Positions 1-8,911 of a stretch of 30,775 bases of DNA are shown piece after piece. Made by a program: the position numbers and the translations under genes. Origin of the DNA: Candidatus Jordarchaeia archaeon. Lineage in GTDB: Archaea; Asgardarchaeota; Jordiarchaeia; Jordiarchaeales; Jordiarchaeaceae. The DNA is taken from assembly GCA_029856435.1 (NCBI GenBank), contig JAHQXB010000122.1, positions 1 to 30,775 of the forward strand. The letters run 5' to 3'. The notes below the pieces were generated by a model. It was not told the DNA's origin and did no database searches. It saw only the letters and a program-made list of their open reading frames with translations. Each line of letters begins with the position of its first letter. Within the stretch, counting starts at the first letter, position 1.

Positions 1-117
1 AGCGGGTTCACCCTGACCGGGGTGGAGTGGAAGGCGGCTGATGAACTCGCGAGGCCGCCGCATGATACTGTGAAGCCCCAACTCCTATGTAATTCTATGA
101 ATTTCTACATAGAGTAG
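1..117 (+). mobile_element. Probable 3' end of an IS200/IS605 (IS1341-like) tnpB gene overlapping its reRNA/omegaRNA scaffold; partial at the window edge
   Basis: Frame +1 is open from base 1 to TAG at 115-117 (SGFTLTGVEWKAADELARPPHDTVKPQLLCNSMNFYIE). It contains GC-rich hairpins (7-14/19-26, 33-38/54-59, 101-106/112-117) and the motifs GATGAAC and GTGAAGCCCC. These resemble, from memory, archaeal tnpB 3' tails. No RuvC motif is inside the window. Confidence 0.5.
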
Positions 118-257
118 AACCCTCTTACCCAAGCAACAAACTGGAGAGTAGCCATATCCCTCCCGCTACCCCCATATTATTTTTTTATTTTTTTGGTAAA
201 AGTTGCAATAGTTATTAATAGTAAGAGTTGTTTCTTGGAACTAAGAGGTTAAAAATA

Positions 258-1670
258 ATGCTCGACGTTCTTAAAGAGTTTGAGCCAGTTTTCTTCCCCA
301 AATCTGTAGCCATTATTGGAGCATCGAGAAACCCAAGCAAACTCGGATATCAGAGCCTAAAGGCGCTAATTGATGCGGAGTATAAAGGAAAAATTTATCC
401 CATTAATCCAAATGCAGAAAATGTGGGAGGATACAAGTCCTATCCCAGTATTCTGGAAGTTCCAGATCCCATCGATCTGGTGATAATTTCACTTCCTCCT
501 GATGGAGTGTTAGATGCGGTTAAGGAATGCGCTAAAAAGAGAGTGAAAGGACTGGTAATCTTTGCTTCCGGCTTCAAGGAGCTGGATGAGCAGGGTGCCC
601 AAACTGAGAAAGAAATGGCGAGAATATGTGATGAAGCGGGAATAAAGATTATTGGGCCCAATACTATCGGGATGATGAACTCTTATACCAATTTGAACGC
701 CAGCTTCGCCCCCATAGGAAAACTATCCAAAGGAAACATATCTCTTGTTAGCCAATCTGGGGGAATGGGTACAACCCTTCTGTCCTACATCCTTGAGGAA
801 AATTTGGGATTCAGTAAGTATGTAGGTGTAGGAAACCGAGCTAACGTAGAGATAGCGGACATTCTACTCTACCTAAAAGAAGACCCCACCACCAAAGTCA
901 TCTGCCTGTTCATAGAAGGCCTGGATAAAGCCCGCGAATTCTTACAGGTGGCAAAAGAGGTGGCTAAAGAAAAGGCGGTAATAGCATACAAGGTGGGAAA
1001 GACAGAGGTATCCAACAAATCCGCCTTCTCGCACACAGGGTCCCTCGCAGGCACCTATCAACTATATAAAGCAGCATTCACCCAAGCAGGAATACTTGAA
1101 GTAGTGGAACCCTCTGAACTAGTTGATGCAGCCAAGGCCGTCTCCATACTTCCCCCAGCCAAAGGAGAAAACGTAGCCCTGATAACCCATACGGCAGGCC
1201 CCAGTCTCGTAATAACCGAAGTTTTAGAACGCTATGGAATTAAAATGGCAGAACTTTCTGAAGAAACAAGGAAGCGCATCCAAAGAGAAATTCCCATAAA
1301 GATTAACGTTCAAAACCCCGTCGATCTTACCGGTGTGGCCTACGTGTTTTCCAATCTTTATGGAACAGTTGGAGAAATAATTCTTAAAGACAAAAATGTC
1401 GACGTTCTAATCGCAGTTTACACCCCCTCGTTCCAGCCCGAAATTCCACTACCAGCAAAAGAACTAATTGAAATAACAAAGGAAACCAGTAAGCCAGTAA
1501 TTGCGGCACTAATATCACCAAACACACGCCCCATCCAAGAAAAAAACCACCTAGAAAAAAATGGCGTAGCCGTCTATCAAAATCCCGAAAGAGCAGCCAA
1601 AGCCACCGCAAATTACATAAAATACTGGAAACTAAAAAGAAAAACACAACTATTGGATATCCCACCATAA
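258..1670 (+). CDS. acdA: Acetate/acyl-CoA ligase (ADP-forming), alpha subunit
   Basis: CoA-binding N-terminus (PKSVAIIGAS...IYPINP), GPNTIG, SQSGG, and the phospho-His motif SHTGSLAG. No beta ATP-grasp domain. Start moved from TTG 228 to ATG 258, which has AGAGGT upstream. Confidence 0.9.
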   Translation: MLDVLKEFEPVFFPKSVAIIGASRNPSKLGYQSLKALIDAEYKGKIYPINPNAENVGGYKSYPSILEVPDPIDLVIISLPPDGVLDAVKECAKKRVKGLVIFASGFKELDEQGAQTEKEMARICDEAGIKIIGPNTIGMMNSYTNLNASFAPIGKLSKGNISLVSQSGGMGTTLLSYILEENLGFSKYVGVGNRANVEIADILLYLKEDPTTKVICLFIEGLDKAREFLQVAKEVAKEKAVIAYKVGKTEVSNKSAFSHTGSLAGTYQLYKAAFTQAGILEVVEPSELVDAAKAVSILPPAKGENVALITHTAGPSLVITEVLERYGIKMAELSEETRKRIQREIPIKINVQNPVDLTGVAYVFSNLYGTVGEIILKDKNVDVLIAVYTPSFQPEIPLPAKELIEITKETSKPVIAALISPNTRPIQEKNHLEKNGVAVYQNPERAAKATANYIKYWKLKRKTQLLDIPP

Positions 1671-1802
1671 ATAGCAAGCCCATCCACAACCACTATTATC
1701 AAAAAAAGTTATCTCCCTATCAAAAATCAAACATATTACCTTGTTGAAACAACTAAAATTAATTTTTAAAAAGGCAGTATTCCTTACTATTTAATTGTAT
1801 TT

Positions 1803-1816
1803 CAAAAGTATAAATA
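1803..1816 (+). promoter_or_regulatory. Possible archaeal BRE/TATA promoter of thrC
   Basis: CAAAAG followed by TATAAATA (1809-1816) in an AT-rich intergenic region upstream of thrC. Confidence 0.4.
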
Positions 1817-1864
1817 ATCGGGAAATAGTATTAAGAAGTGTATGTGGGAGTTGTTGGTGATTCT

Positions 1865-2992
1865 ATGTATTTAGAGTGCGCGGTTTGTGGAAAGCTTATA
1901 GAGGACAATTCGATTTTGTGTCCCGATTGTAAAGGTCCTATCCAAGTATATTATGACTATGATTCTATGTGGTTGAGCCGAGAAGATTTTCATGGCAGAA
2001 CTATCTGGAGATACCGCGAACTACTTCCCTTTGAAAGGATTACTCGCCTCGTAACACTAAATGAGGGAAGCACACCACTACAGAGAAGCGACGCCATAGG
2101 AGATGACCTAGCACTAGACCTATGGTTCAAATTAGAAACACACAACCCCACAGGATCTTTTAAGGATCGGGGGAGCGCTGTTGAACTTACCAAGGCGTTA
2201 GAAAGAGACGCAACATCCGTTGTATGTGCAAGCACAGGGAATATGGCCAGTTCGGTTTCTGCATATTCTGCTAAGGCGGGGCTTAAATGTAGGATGGTTG
2301 TTCCTAAGAATGCGCCAGTGGCTAAAATTACTATGATGGAGCTCTACGGGGCTGAGGTGGAATTTGTAGAGGGAGGATTTGACGAAGCAGTGGATAAAGC
2401 GATGGAGTACGCGAAGGATCCTAGTGTACTGTTTGCGGGGGATTATTATTGGAGGAGGGAGGGACAGAAAACTATTGCCTTTGAGATTTGGGAGCAGTTG
2501 CCGAATGTGGACTGGGTTGTGGTTCCTGTGGGTTCTGGGGTGTTGCTTTCCTCCATTTATAAAGGATTTTGGGAGTTAAAGCAGTTGAAGCTTACCGATA
2601 GGATTCCCCGACTGATGGGGGTTCAGGCGGAGGGGTGCAGTCCAGTGACTCAAGCTTGGAAGGGAGGTAGGCTTAAAAGGTGGGAGGAATCCCGTACCAT
2701 AGCTAGTGCAATTGAAGTTTTGAATGCTTTTGACGCTCCGTTAGCATTGGAGGCTGCGAAAAAAACTGAGGGAAAAATCATCTCGGTTTCCGATAAAGAA
2801 ATAATGGAGTCTTTGGTGGAGCTTGCGCGTAGAGAGGGAATTTTTGTTGAGCCGGGGGCCGCCGCTTCGATTGCAGCTGTTTTGAAGAATTGGAAGTCTT
2901 TTGATGGAAGGGTTGTTTGTGTGTTGACTGGATATGGGCTGAATGATTTTCAAACGGTGAAAGATTATCTCGAGGGAAAACTTAAATTTTGA
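1865..2992 (+). CDS. thrC: Threonine synthase (PLP-dependent, N-terminal zinc ribbon)
   Basis: CxxC..CxxC N-terminus, TLNEGSTPL, PLP-lysine motif NPTGSFKDRG, ASTGN, EGQKTIAFEIWEQL, VPVGSG, FVEPGAA, LTGYGL. ATG 1865 has GGTGA upstream; the ORF track start is GTG 1838. Confidence 0.88.
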   Translation: MYLECAVCGKLIEDNSILCPDCKGPIQVYYDYDSMWLSREDFHGRTIWRYRELLPFERITRLVTLNEGSTPLQRSDAIGDDLALDLWFKLETHNPTGSFKDRGSAVELTKALERDATSVVCASTGNMASSVSAYSAKAGLKCRMVVPKNAPVAKITMMELYGAEVEFVEGGFDEAVDKAMEYAKDPSVLFAGDYYWRREGQKTIAFEIWEQLPNVDWVVVPVGSGVLLSSIYKGFWELKQLKLTDRIPRLMGVQAEGCSPVTQAWKGGRLKRWEESRTIASAIEVLNAFDAPLALEAAKKTEGKIISVSDKEIMESLVELARREGIFVEPGAAASIAAVLKNWKSFDGRVVCVLTGYGLNDFQTVKDYLEGKLKF

Positions 2993-3120
2993 AAGTATTT
3001 TTAACGTCTAAACTAGACGAAAAGATGGGTTTTTGTTCTCCGAATTTTTTATAAGGAGATTTAACCTATGAGACCCACACGTTAGTGCACTGCGTTGAGA
3101 ATCTTCTGCGTGGGTAAGCT

Positions 3121-3810
3121 GTGAATAACCTTCATATTCTTGAAGTTGAAAATGTCACGAAAAGTTATAAGATTGGAGATGTGGTGTTTGAGGCATTACG
3201 TGGAGTTTCACTGATTGTTGAGAGAGGACAGTGGGTAGCTATACAGGGTCCGAGTGGTTCTGGGAAGAGTACTCTTCTTAACTTAATAGGTTGTCTGGAT
3301 AGGCCAACAAGTGGTAGGATTCTTATTGAGGGTATTGATGTCTCCAAACTTAGTGATAATGCACTTGCGGAAATAAGAGGCGGAAAAATCGGTTTCATAT
3401 TTCAGAGTTACAATTTGATACCCAGCCTTACTGTGCTGGAGAACATTTTACTGCCCACCTCTTTTACCAAAAAGCTAAGAAAGACCAGTGCAAAGCAAAG
3501 AGCTGAGGAAATAATGGCGAGGTTGGGAATCTATCACTTGAAGGATCGTTTTGCGAACAAGCTTAGCGGTGGTGAAACCCAGAGGGTGGCCATTGCAAGA
3601 GCTCTAATAAATGAGCCCTCACTTATACTGGCCGACGAGCCTACAGGCAATTTAGATTCTTCCTCCGGCTCTGAAATCGCAAAACTATTCAAAGATATAC
3701 ATGAACAAGGCGAAACCATTATTCTGGTTACTCACGACAACGATTTTGCACGGAAAGCCGAGAAAATTTACATACTTCGTGACGGAAAACTGGAAACACA
3801 GGAGCGATAA
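3121..3810 (+). CDS. ABC transporter ATP-binding protein, LolD/MacB (FtsE-like) family
   Basis: Walker A GPSGSGKST, Q-loop GFIFQSYNL, signature LSGGETQRVAIARAL, Walker B/D-loop ILADEPTGNLD, H-loop VTHD. Confidence 0.95.
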   Translation: MNNLHILEVENVTKSYKIGDVVFEALRGVSLIVERGQWVAIQGPSGSGKSTLLNLIGCLDRPTSGRILIEGIDVSKLSDNALAEIRGGKIGFIFQSYNLIPSLTVLENILLPTSFTKKLRKTSAKQRAEEIMARLGIYHLKDRFANKLSGGETQRVAIARALINEPSLILADEPTGNLDSSSGSEIAKLFKDIHEQGETIILVTHDNDFARKAEKIYILRDGKLETQER

Positions 3811-3815
3811 GAAAA

Positions 3816-4964
3816 TTGTCGTCGTTTAAGTTGGCCTTTCGGAATCTGGGAAGACGCAAGAGCCGAAACATTCTAACAATAATAGGTATAATGATTGGAA
3901 TAGCAGCGCTGGTAGCAATAGTATCTCTCACCTTGGGACTAAGTGCACACATCGACAACCAATTCAAAAATCTGGGAGTGGATGTTTTAGTTTACCCCGT
4001 CTCTGGGCGGATTCCCACTTCTGCAGATGACACAATAGAATCCATACCCGGCGTGTACGCAGTTGCTCCTCGAATCAATTTTGTTATGACCGCAGTTGAA
4101 AAAAACTTTTCTGTTCCCTTCTATGCTATCGCTCCCGGCGCCGAAGCAAAAATTGGATTTCTAAAACCTTTGCTAGGTGGACTAAATATGGGGGTAAATC
4201 AGACCGTTCTAGGTTTCTCGTTAGCCCAAAAACTAGAAGTGGGAATAAATGACAACGTGACTTTTAGAGTCTCATACCCCTTACCCACAGAATTTAACTT
4301 AACAGTTGTTGGAATACTACAAAAAAGTGAAGAAATTATCTCTTTTACAGATAGCTTCGGGTTCGTTAACATTGAATATGCAGAGACTATGACCGATGTA
4401 AGCTCAGGCTACTCGGTAATTTTGGTGAAATGTTGGAGTTCCGAATTTTCAAGCTTTGTAGCCTACCAAATCCAGTCTAAGATTTTGGATGTTTCAGCGG
4501 TTTCGCAATCCCAAATTAAAGGGGTAATAGATAGCGTTAGGGGAACAATAGACTTCTTCCTTTTTGTAGCAGTCGGGTTAGCTCTGATAGTTGGCTGTTT
4601 GGGAACAGCGAACACCATGGCAGTAGCGGTGCTTGAAAGAAAACGCGAAATAGGAATTATGAAAGCCACTGGAGCAAAAAACAGAGATATCATGAGAATA
4701 TTCATTTTGGAGTCTATGCTACTGGGATTAATAGGAGGCGGTTTAGGTTTAGCCATAGGATACCTGGCTGGCTGGGCTGTCAAATGGTACGTCGACAATG
4801 CTCTATGGTTTGTACAATTTATTTCAGGATATGCGCCAGTATACGAATGGTGGGTGTGGCCCCTTGGACTTGGAGTCGCTATTATCATCTCACTTATCGC
4901 TGGAGTTTACCCGGCTTGGAGAGCATCTAGACTAAAACCAGTAGAAACCTTGAGATATGAGTAA
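3816..4964 (+). CDS. ABC transporter permease, MacB/FtsX family
   Basis: N-terminal RNLGRRKSRNILTIIGIMIGIA, a large extracytoplasmic loop, ERKREIGIMKATGA, and C-terminal YPAWRASRLKPVETLRYE. It starts 5 nt after the ATPase. Confidence 0.93.
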   Translation: MSSFKLAFRNLGRRKSRNILTIIGIMIGIAALVAIVSLTLGLSAHIDNQFKNLGVDVLVYPVSGRIPTSADDTIESIPGVYAVAPRINFVMTAVEKNFSVPFYAIAPGAEAKIGFLKPLLGGLNMGVNQTVLGFSLAQKLEVGINDNVTFRVSYPLPTEFNLTVVGILQKSEEIISFTDSFGFVNIEYAETMTDVSSGYSVILVKCWSSEFSSFVAYQIQSKILDVSAVSQSQIKGVIDSVRGTIDFFLFVAVGLALIVGCLGTANTMAVAVLERKREIGIMKATGAKNRDIMRIFILESMLLGLIGGGLGLAIGYLAGWAVKWYVDNALWFVQFISGYAPVYEWWVWPLGLGVAIIISLIAGVYPAWRASRLKPVETLRYE

Positions 4965-5174
4965 AAACCGGAAAAAGGAGGAAACAATTAAAAATCCTCT
5001 CCCCATCACCTAATTTTTTTCATATATAGATTTTTTAAATCTGAGCCACCTTATAACCAGTTTTTAAAAAGTGTTTTTGAAAAGTAAATTCTGGAAATCT
5101 CTTACGCCGCAATTTTTGAAAAAAGTAACATACTACAGTTATTGATTTTGGTAGCGTGATGTCCTGGGTCTGAA

Positions 5175-5726
5175 CTAGCTTTTTGTGAAATGGTCTAGGG
5201 TTAATTCTGGTTTCTCTTCCGTGGATTTTTGCTTTTTTGTAGTTTTGGTTTTTTTCTCTGGCTTTTCTTCCTTAGATTCTTGTTTCTTTTTGTCTTCCTT
5301 TTCTCTTTGGATTTTCCCTTTTTTCTCTATGTCCCCCACGGTTTCGGAGGGGCACGCTTTCATTTTTTCTGATTCTCTTTTCTGTTGGTCTAGACGCGGC
5401 TGATAGTCTACGCTGCTGTATTCTATTCTCAATTCAATGGGATATTGTTCGATGTCTTTGAAATCTTCGTGGTCAATTTTGGGTTTGTGGAGGGGAGGGA
5501 ACTGGCTTGTTTCTTTAAGCGTTAGGGTTTCATTTTTCTTTTCTAAAATATTCTCTTTTAAGGCTAGGGTGAGTATTCTCTGGGCTAGTGATGGAGGTAT
5601 TTCCTTATGTATTGCCCAGTTGAAGGAGAGGTAGAAACACCAGTCCCTTGGGCTTAGATCTTCTTCGCCGGATAATTGAAATGGAATCTGTGAAAGGAAG
5701 ATTAAATCTCTTCTATCTATGGGCAT
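5175..5726 (-). CDS. DUF2240-like archaeal protein with a long charged C-terminal tail
   Basis: The N-terminal ~70 aa (PFQLSGEEDLS...FYLSFNW...AQRILTLALKENILEK) resemble DUF2240. The Lys/Glu-rich tail ends LTLDHFTKS. Confidence 0.6.
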   Translation of the reverse strand: MPIDRRDLIFLSQIPFQLSGEEDLSPRDWCFYLSFNWAIHKEIPPSLAQRILTLALKENILEKKNETLTLKETSQFPPLHKPKIDHEDFKDIEQYPIELRIEYSSVDYQPRLDQQKRESEKMKACPSETVGDIEKKGKIQREKEDKKKQESKEEKPEKKTKTTKKQKSTEEKPELTLDHFTKS

Positions 5727-5862
5727 CTTGCACGCATCCCACTAACCTTTATCATTTTAAAGAGTCCCCGAATATATTAATAACGCTTATTCTTAACAGT
5801 TAAAGGAAGAAACCTTTGCGAGAGACGCACACTTAATGCTAAATTCCTGAAAATGTTTCTCT

Positions 5863-6909
5863 TTACTGCTTCTTTTCGGGAGACGCCACCATTAGAGCCA
5901 TAGCATAAGCTGTGGACATAGTGGCAGCCTTGTCTCCAATGAGTTGCCCTAAATCAATTATTTCCTTAAAACCCGCAGCTTCAGCGGCTCTGCGGGCCAA
6001 AAAAATTCTGCCCATTCCTGCAACAACCACTCTATTAATCGTAGGATTTTTAGCAGCAACCTGGAGTAGGGCTTCTTTTATTTGGTCCAATTGGCACTGA
6101 TAAATATACTGTGCAATCTTGTAGATCTCTTCCCTTCGAAGCATATCAGTGTCTGCACATACCACGCGAGCCAAGCGTGCCAAACTATGTTCAACAGTTT
6201 TGCTTCTGCCATCCGCTGTTTCACAGGAATACTCCTCCTCACCAATATTTTTGAGAATCAAGTGTACATCAGCTGAGAGAGCAAATTTTTCTGAGGAAAC
6301 CCTACACTCCCTACCCCAAACGGGAATGCGGCCCACAATGGCGGGTATAACTGTTCTCAGCGCACCGGTGTAAACAAGTTCCCCCGAAATCAATCTTTCA
6401 GTATCAGTTTTTCCAACGGTTGAGGGTTTTCCACCTACAACAGGTATTATGTCAGTGGTGGTGCTTCCCACATCCACAAGAAAACAATCCTTAACGTGGC
6501 GACCCACCATCCAAGCCGAAGCAGCCCAATTAGCAGCGGCAACCCTTAAGGGATTCCTTCTAGCTTCACTCAGATCTAGGAGGTTAGCTTCAACATCAAC
6601 CACCCAAATATTGGTTTCGGGAAAAGCTTGCTCAACGGATTCTAAAATGTGGTTTACCCCCTCACGCTTTGTTTGGTAAGCGTCGGAAAGTTCAGCGGTC
6701 ATTGTTACACCCACGGAATAGGGGTTCCTGCCTTTGCACAGTTTGTCCCGAACCTGTGCTAATAATAGGGGTAATTCAGAGAGAGAGTGTTGCCAGACTG
6801 GAAAAAATACTGAGAGAGACTCGTAGTTCTCCACCTCACCCTTGATATTCGTGTGTAAAGCCACAGCTTTGGTGTTCGCTCCTCCAATATCCCATCCCAG
6901 AAATAGCAA
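5863..6909 (-). CDS. mfnF: Methanofuran synthase MfnF (hydantoinase A/ASKHA-fold, MJ0840-like)
   Basis: GWDIGGANTK, GVTMTAELSDAYQTKREGV, AAANWAASA, VDVGSTTTDIIP, ELVYTGALRT, TADGR, RLARVVCAD. It lies in the same operon as mfnD. Confidence 0.88.
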   Translation of the reverse strand: MLFLGWDIGGANTKAVALHTNIKGEVENYESLSVFFPVWQHSLSELPLLLAQVRDKLCKGRNPYSVGVTMTAELSDAYQTKREGVNHILESVEQAFPETNIWVVDVEANLLDLSEARRNPLRVAAANWAASAWMVGRHVKDCFLVDVGSTTTDIIPVVGGKPSTVGKTDTERLISGELVYTGALRTVIPAIVGRIPVWGRECRVSSEKFALSADVHLILKNIGEEEYSCETADGRSKTVEHSLARLARVVCADTDMLRREEIYKIAQYIYQCQLDQIKEALLQVAAKNPTINRVVVAGMGRIFLARRAAEAAGFKEIIDLGQLIGDKAATMSTAYAMALMVASPEKKQ

Positions 6910-6929
6910 GCATAAAGCCCCCCTTGCAG

Positions 6930-7466
6930 TTAACTCTTTATTAGTCCCTCTTTCTTCGCCATTTCAATTAAACCGGTTGGCGCAGTTAGTCCCCGCTCAT
7001 CCATCATTTCTGTGACTCTTATTAGGATTCTACTCCAATTATTAATTGCTTCCTCGCCGAATCTGCGCGTTTTTTTATCCTCCTCACTTTCTGTAAGCTT
7101 GTCCAAAGACCATTTTATTATGCTGACCAAGTCAAAACAGGCCTCCGCAACTCCAGAAGCTCTTCCCAGAAACGCGCGAGCGTCCTCTAAATCTTGGGAA
7201 AAAAGCGCCGCTGCAATAAAGGATTCTACAGTGGAGTTTAGAGCCTGACAGGCATGGGCGAACGCCCTTATGGAAATAAGAAGACATTCTCTGCTACTTT
7301 TTGCCCCTAACATTTCTTGAATATTTCCTGCGCTAAGATTACGCTGCACAATGCGTGCCTCAGTAAATTTCTGGAAGGCCTCCTTATACTTTCCTTTTTC
7401 TAGGGCTTCTCCTGCTTCTTGAAGGATTTTCATGAACAGAGCGCTCCCCTTGGTGCTTAAATCCAT
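6930..7466 (-). CDS. Hypothetical all-helical protein between mfnD and mfnF
   Basis: ~178 aa ORF; ATG 7466 has GGAGG upstream (the ORF track start is 7493). It is tightly spaced between mfnD and mfnF. TPR-like segment EAGEALEKGKYKEAFQKFTEA. Confidence 0.75.
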   Translation of the reverse strand: MDLSTKGSALFMKILQEAGEALEKGKYKEAFQKFTEARIVQRNLSAGNIQEMLGAKSSRECLLISIRAFAHACQALNSTVESFIAAALFSQDLEDARAFLGRASGVAEACFDLVSIIKWSLDKLTESEEDKKTRRFGEEAINNWSRILIRVTEMMDERGLTAPTGLIEMAKKEGLIKS

Positions 7467-7512
7467 ATGTATGCCTCCCAACGAACTAACCATTAGGAAA
7501 CTTCTCTAACCC

Positions 7513-8772
7513 TTACTGTTCTCGAACATTTTTATTTTTTCCAGTTAATTCTTCTATTATTTCTTTCATCATTTTTTCCATATTTAACATTGCAAGCCTC
7601 TTGTTTTTCGAATAGGCTACCATTATTGCGTGTATTTTGTCACCCAAAGGAAATGGCGGAGCCGCCACGTCCTCACGCTGTGCAATCTTCCTAAATCTAT
7701 CCTCATCAATTTTTAAGTTTGAAAAGTATATCTTTTTGAAATATGCACACCCTTCAATGATGATTTTTGAGGGTAGTGTTTTACTAACAATGGCTTCATT
7801 TATCATACTGGAGAGGTTTTGTCTGAGAACTCTTCTTAACCCCAAATAAGAAGTTGTGAGACGGGGATTAACTTCCAGAATCGTCACCCCCTCCTCAGAA
7901 AGCTTAACATCCACACCCACATAACCTTGCAACCCATTTATGTTCTCAACTAGGATTTTTGTGTCCTCAAAAGCCTTCTCCATTAGTCTATGCTTTAAAG
8001 GAACATATCCACCCTCATATCTAGACTCCTCATTAGGATTTCTAATCTTTACAGATTGAAAGTTTAAAGATAGGGGAAGGGCTTTCTCTCCGTTAGAGAG
8101 GAGGCTTACACTAGCATCTACACCATGTACAAATTCCTCCACGAGAAACAAGTCACGATTACTTACCCTGCGAATTTTTTCAACGGCTTGCGGAATTTCA
8201 TCTGCCCTACTCACAAGGCTTAATCCCTCGCTACCTGCACCATCTAAAACCTTAAACACAACTGGATAACCTATGCTACGAACAGTTTTTTCAACACTTG
8301 CAGTAGAGCTACTAGTTTTTGAGAGGCTGTGCCTAGGAACCTTTAATCCCAACTTTTTTGCAACACCCAGAAGCTTACTCTTATCAGTAGTTAATTCTAT
8401 AGCAGGGGGGAGGGGACCAAAAAGTTTAGTGCCAGCCTTAACCACCTCAGAAGCCAGCGAGTATAGAACATTATCTGTTTCGGGCGCTATTAAGAACGCG
8501 GCGTCAACTTCACCCAGCAATTCCCGAAAGAGAGGTAAATCCCAACTAGAAACAACCTCGACTCGCTGCGCTTTTAAAGGGGGAACAAACTGTGCAATTC
8601 GATGGTCAAGAGTTGTGTACACCTCAAAGCCCGCTTTCCTAAAGTCCTCAACAATATAGCGAAGCATAGCGTAGGCTTCACCTATCAAACCTGAGATCTC
8701 TCCCTCAACAAAACCTCCTCCAGAAAAAAACTCAAAAACCAGTAATTTCAACGCAACCACCACAACTTTCAT
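7513..8772 (-). CDS. mfnD: Tyramine--L-glutamate ligase MfnD (ATP-grasp, MJ0815-like), long form
   Basis: LLVFEFFSGGG, GEAYAML, IAPETDNVL, VVFKVLDGAGSEG, EEFVHGVDASVSL, GYVGVD, ILEVNPRLTTSYLGL. Confidence 0.85.
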   Translation of the reverse strand: MKVVVVALKLLVFEFFSGGGFVEGEISGLIGEAYAMLRYIVEDFRKAGFEVYTTLDHRIAQFVPPLKAQRVEVVSSWDLPLFRELLGEVDAAFLIAPETDNVLYSLASEVVKAGTKLFGPLPPAIELTTDKSKLLGVAKKLGLKVPRHSLSKTSSSTASVEKTVRSIGYPVVFKVLDGAGSEGLSLVSRADEIPQAVEKIRRVSNRDLFLVEEFVHGVDASVSLLSNGEKALPLSLNFQSVKIRNPNEESRYEGGYVPLKHRLMEKAFEDTKILVENINGLQGYVGVDVKLSEEGVTILEVNPRLTTSYLGLRRVLRQNLSSMINEAIVSKTLPSKIIIEGCAYFKKIYFSNLKIDEDRFRKIAQREDVAAPPFPLGDKIHAIMVAYSKNKRLAMLNMEKMMKEIIEELTGKNKNVREQ

Positions 8773-8911
8773 CGAAAAACCTTAAAGAGGCCTCTCTTTA
8801 ACACTACTAGCAGAAGTTTTTAAATCCAGACACTGACTCAAATTAGCGCCTCTATAATTCTTTTCGTAACATAGGACTATTCAAAAATTTAACTCTTTTA
8901 TGGTGTTTTTT

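Noticed and set aside
38-60. CTGATGA as a hammerhead ribozyme core or C/D box
   Set aside because: There is no GAAA after stem II and no CTGA D box. It is better explained as part of a tnpB-tail scaffold.
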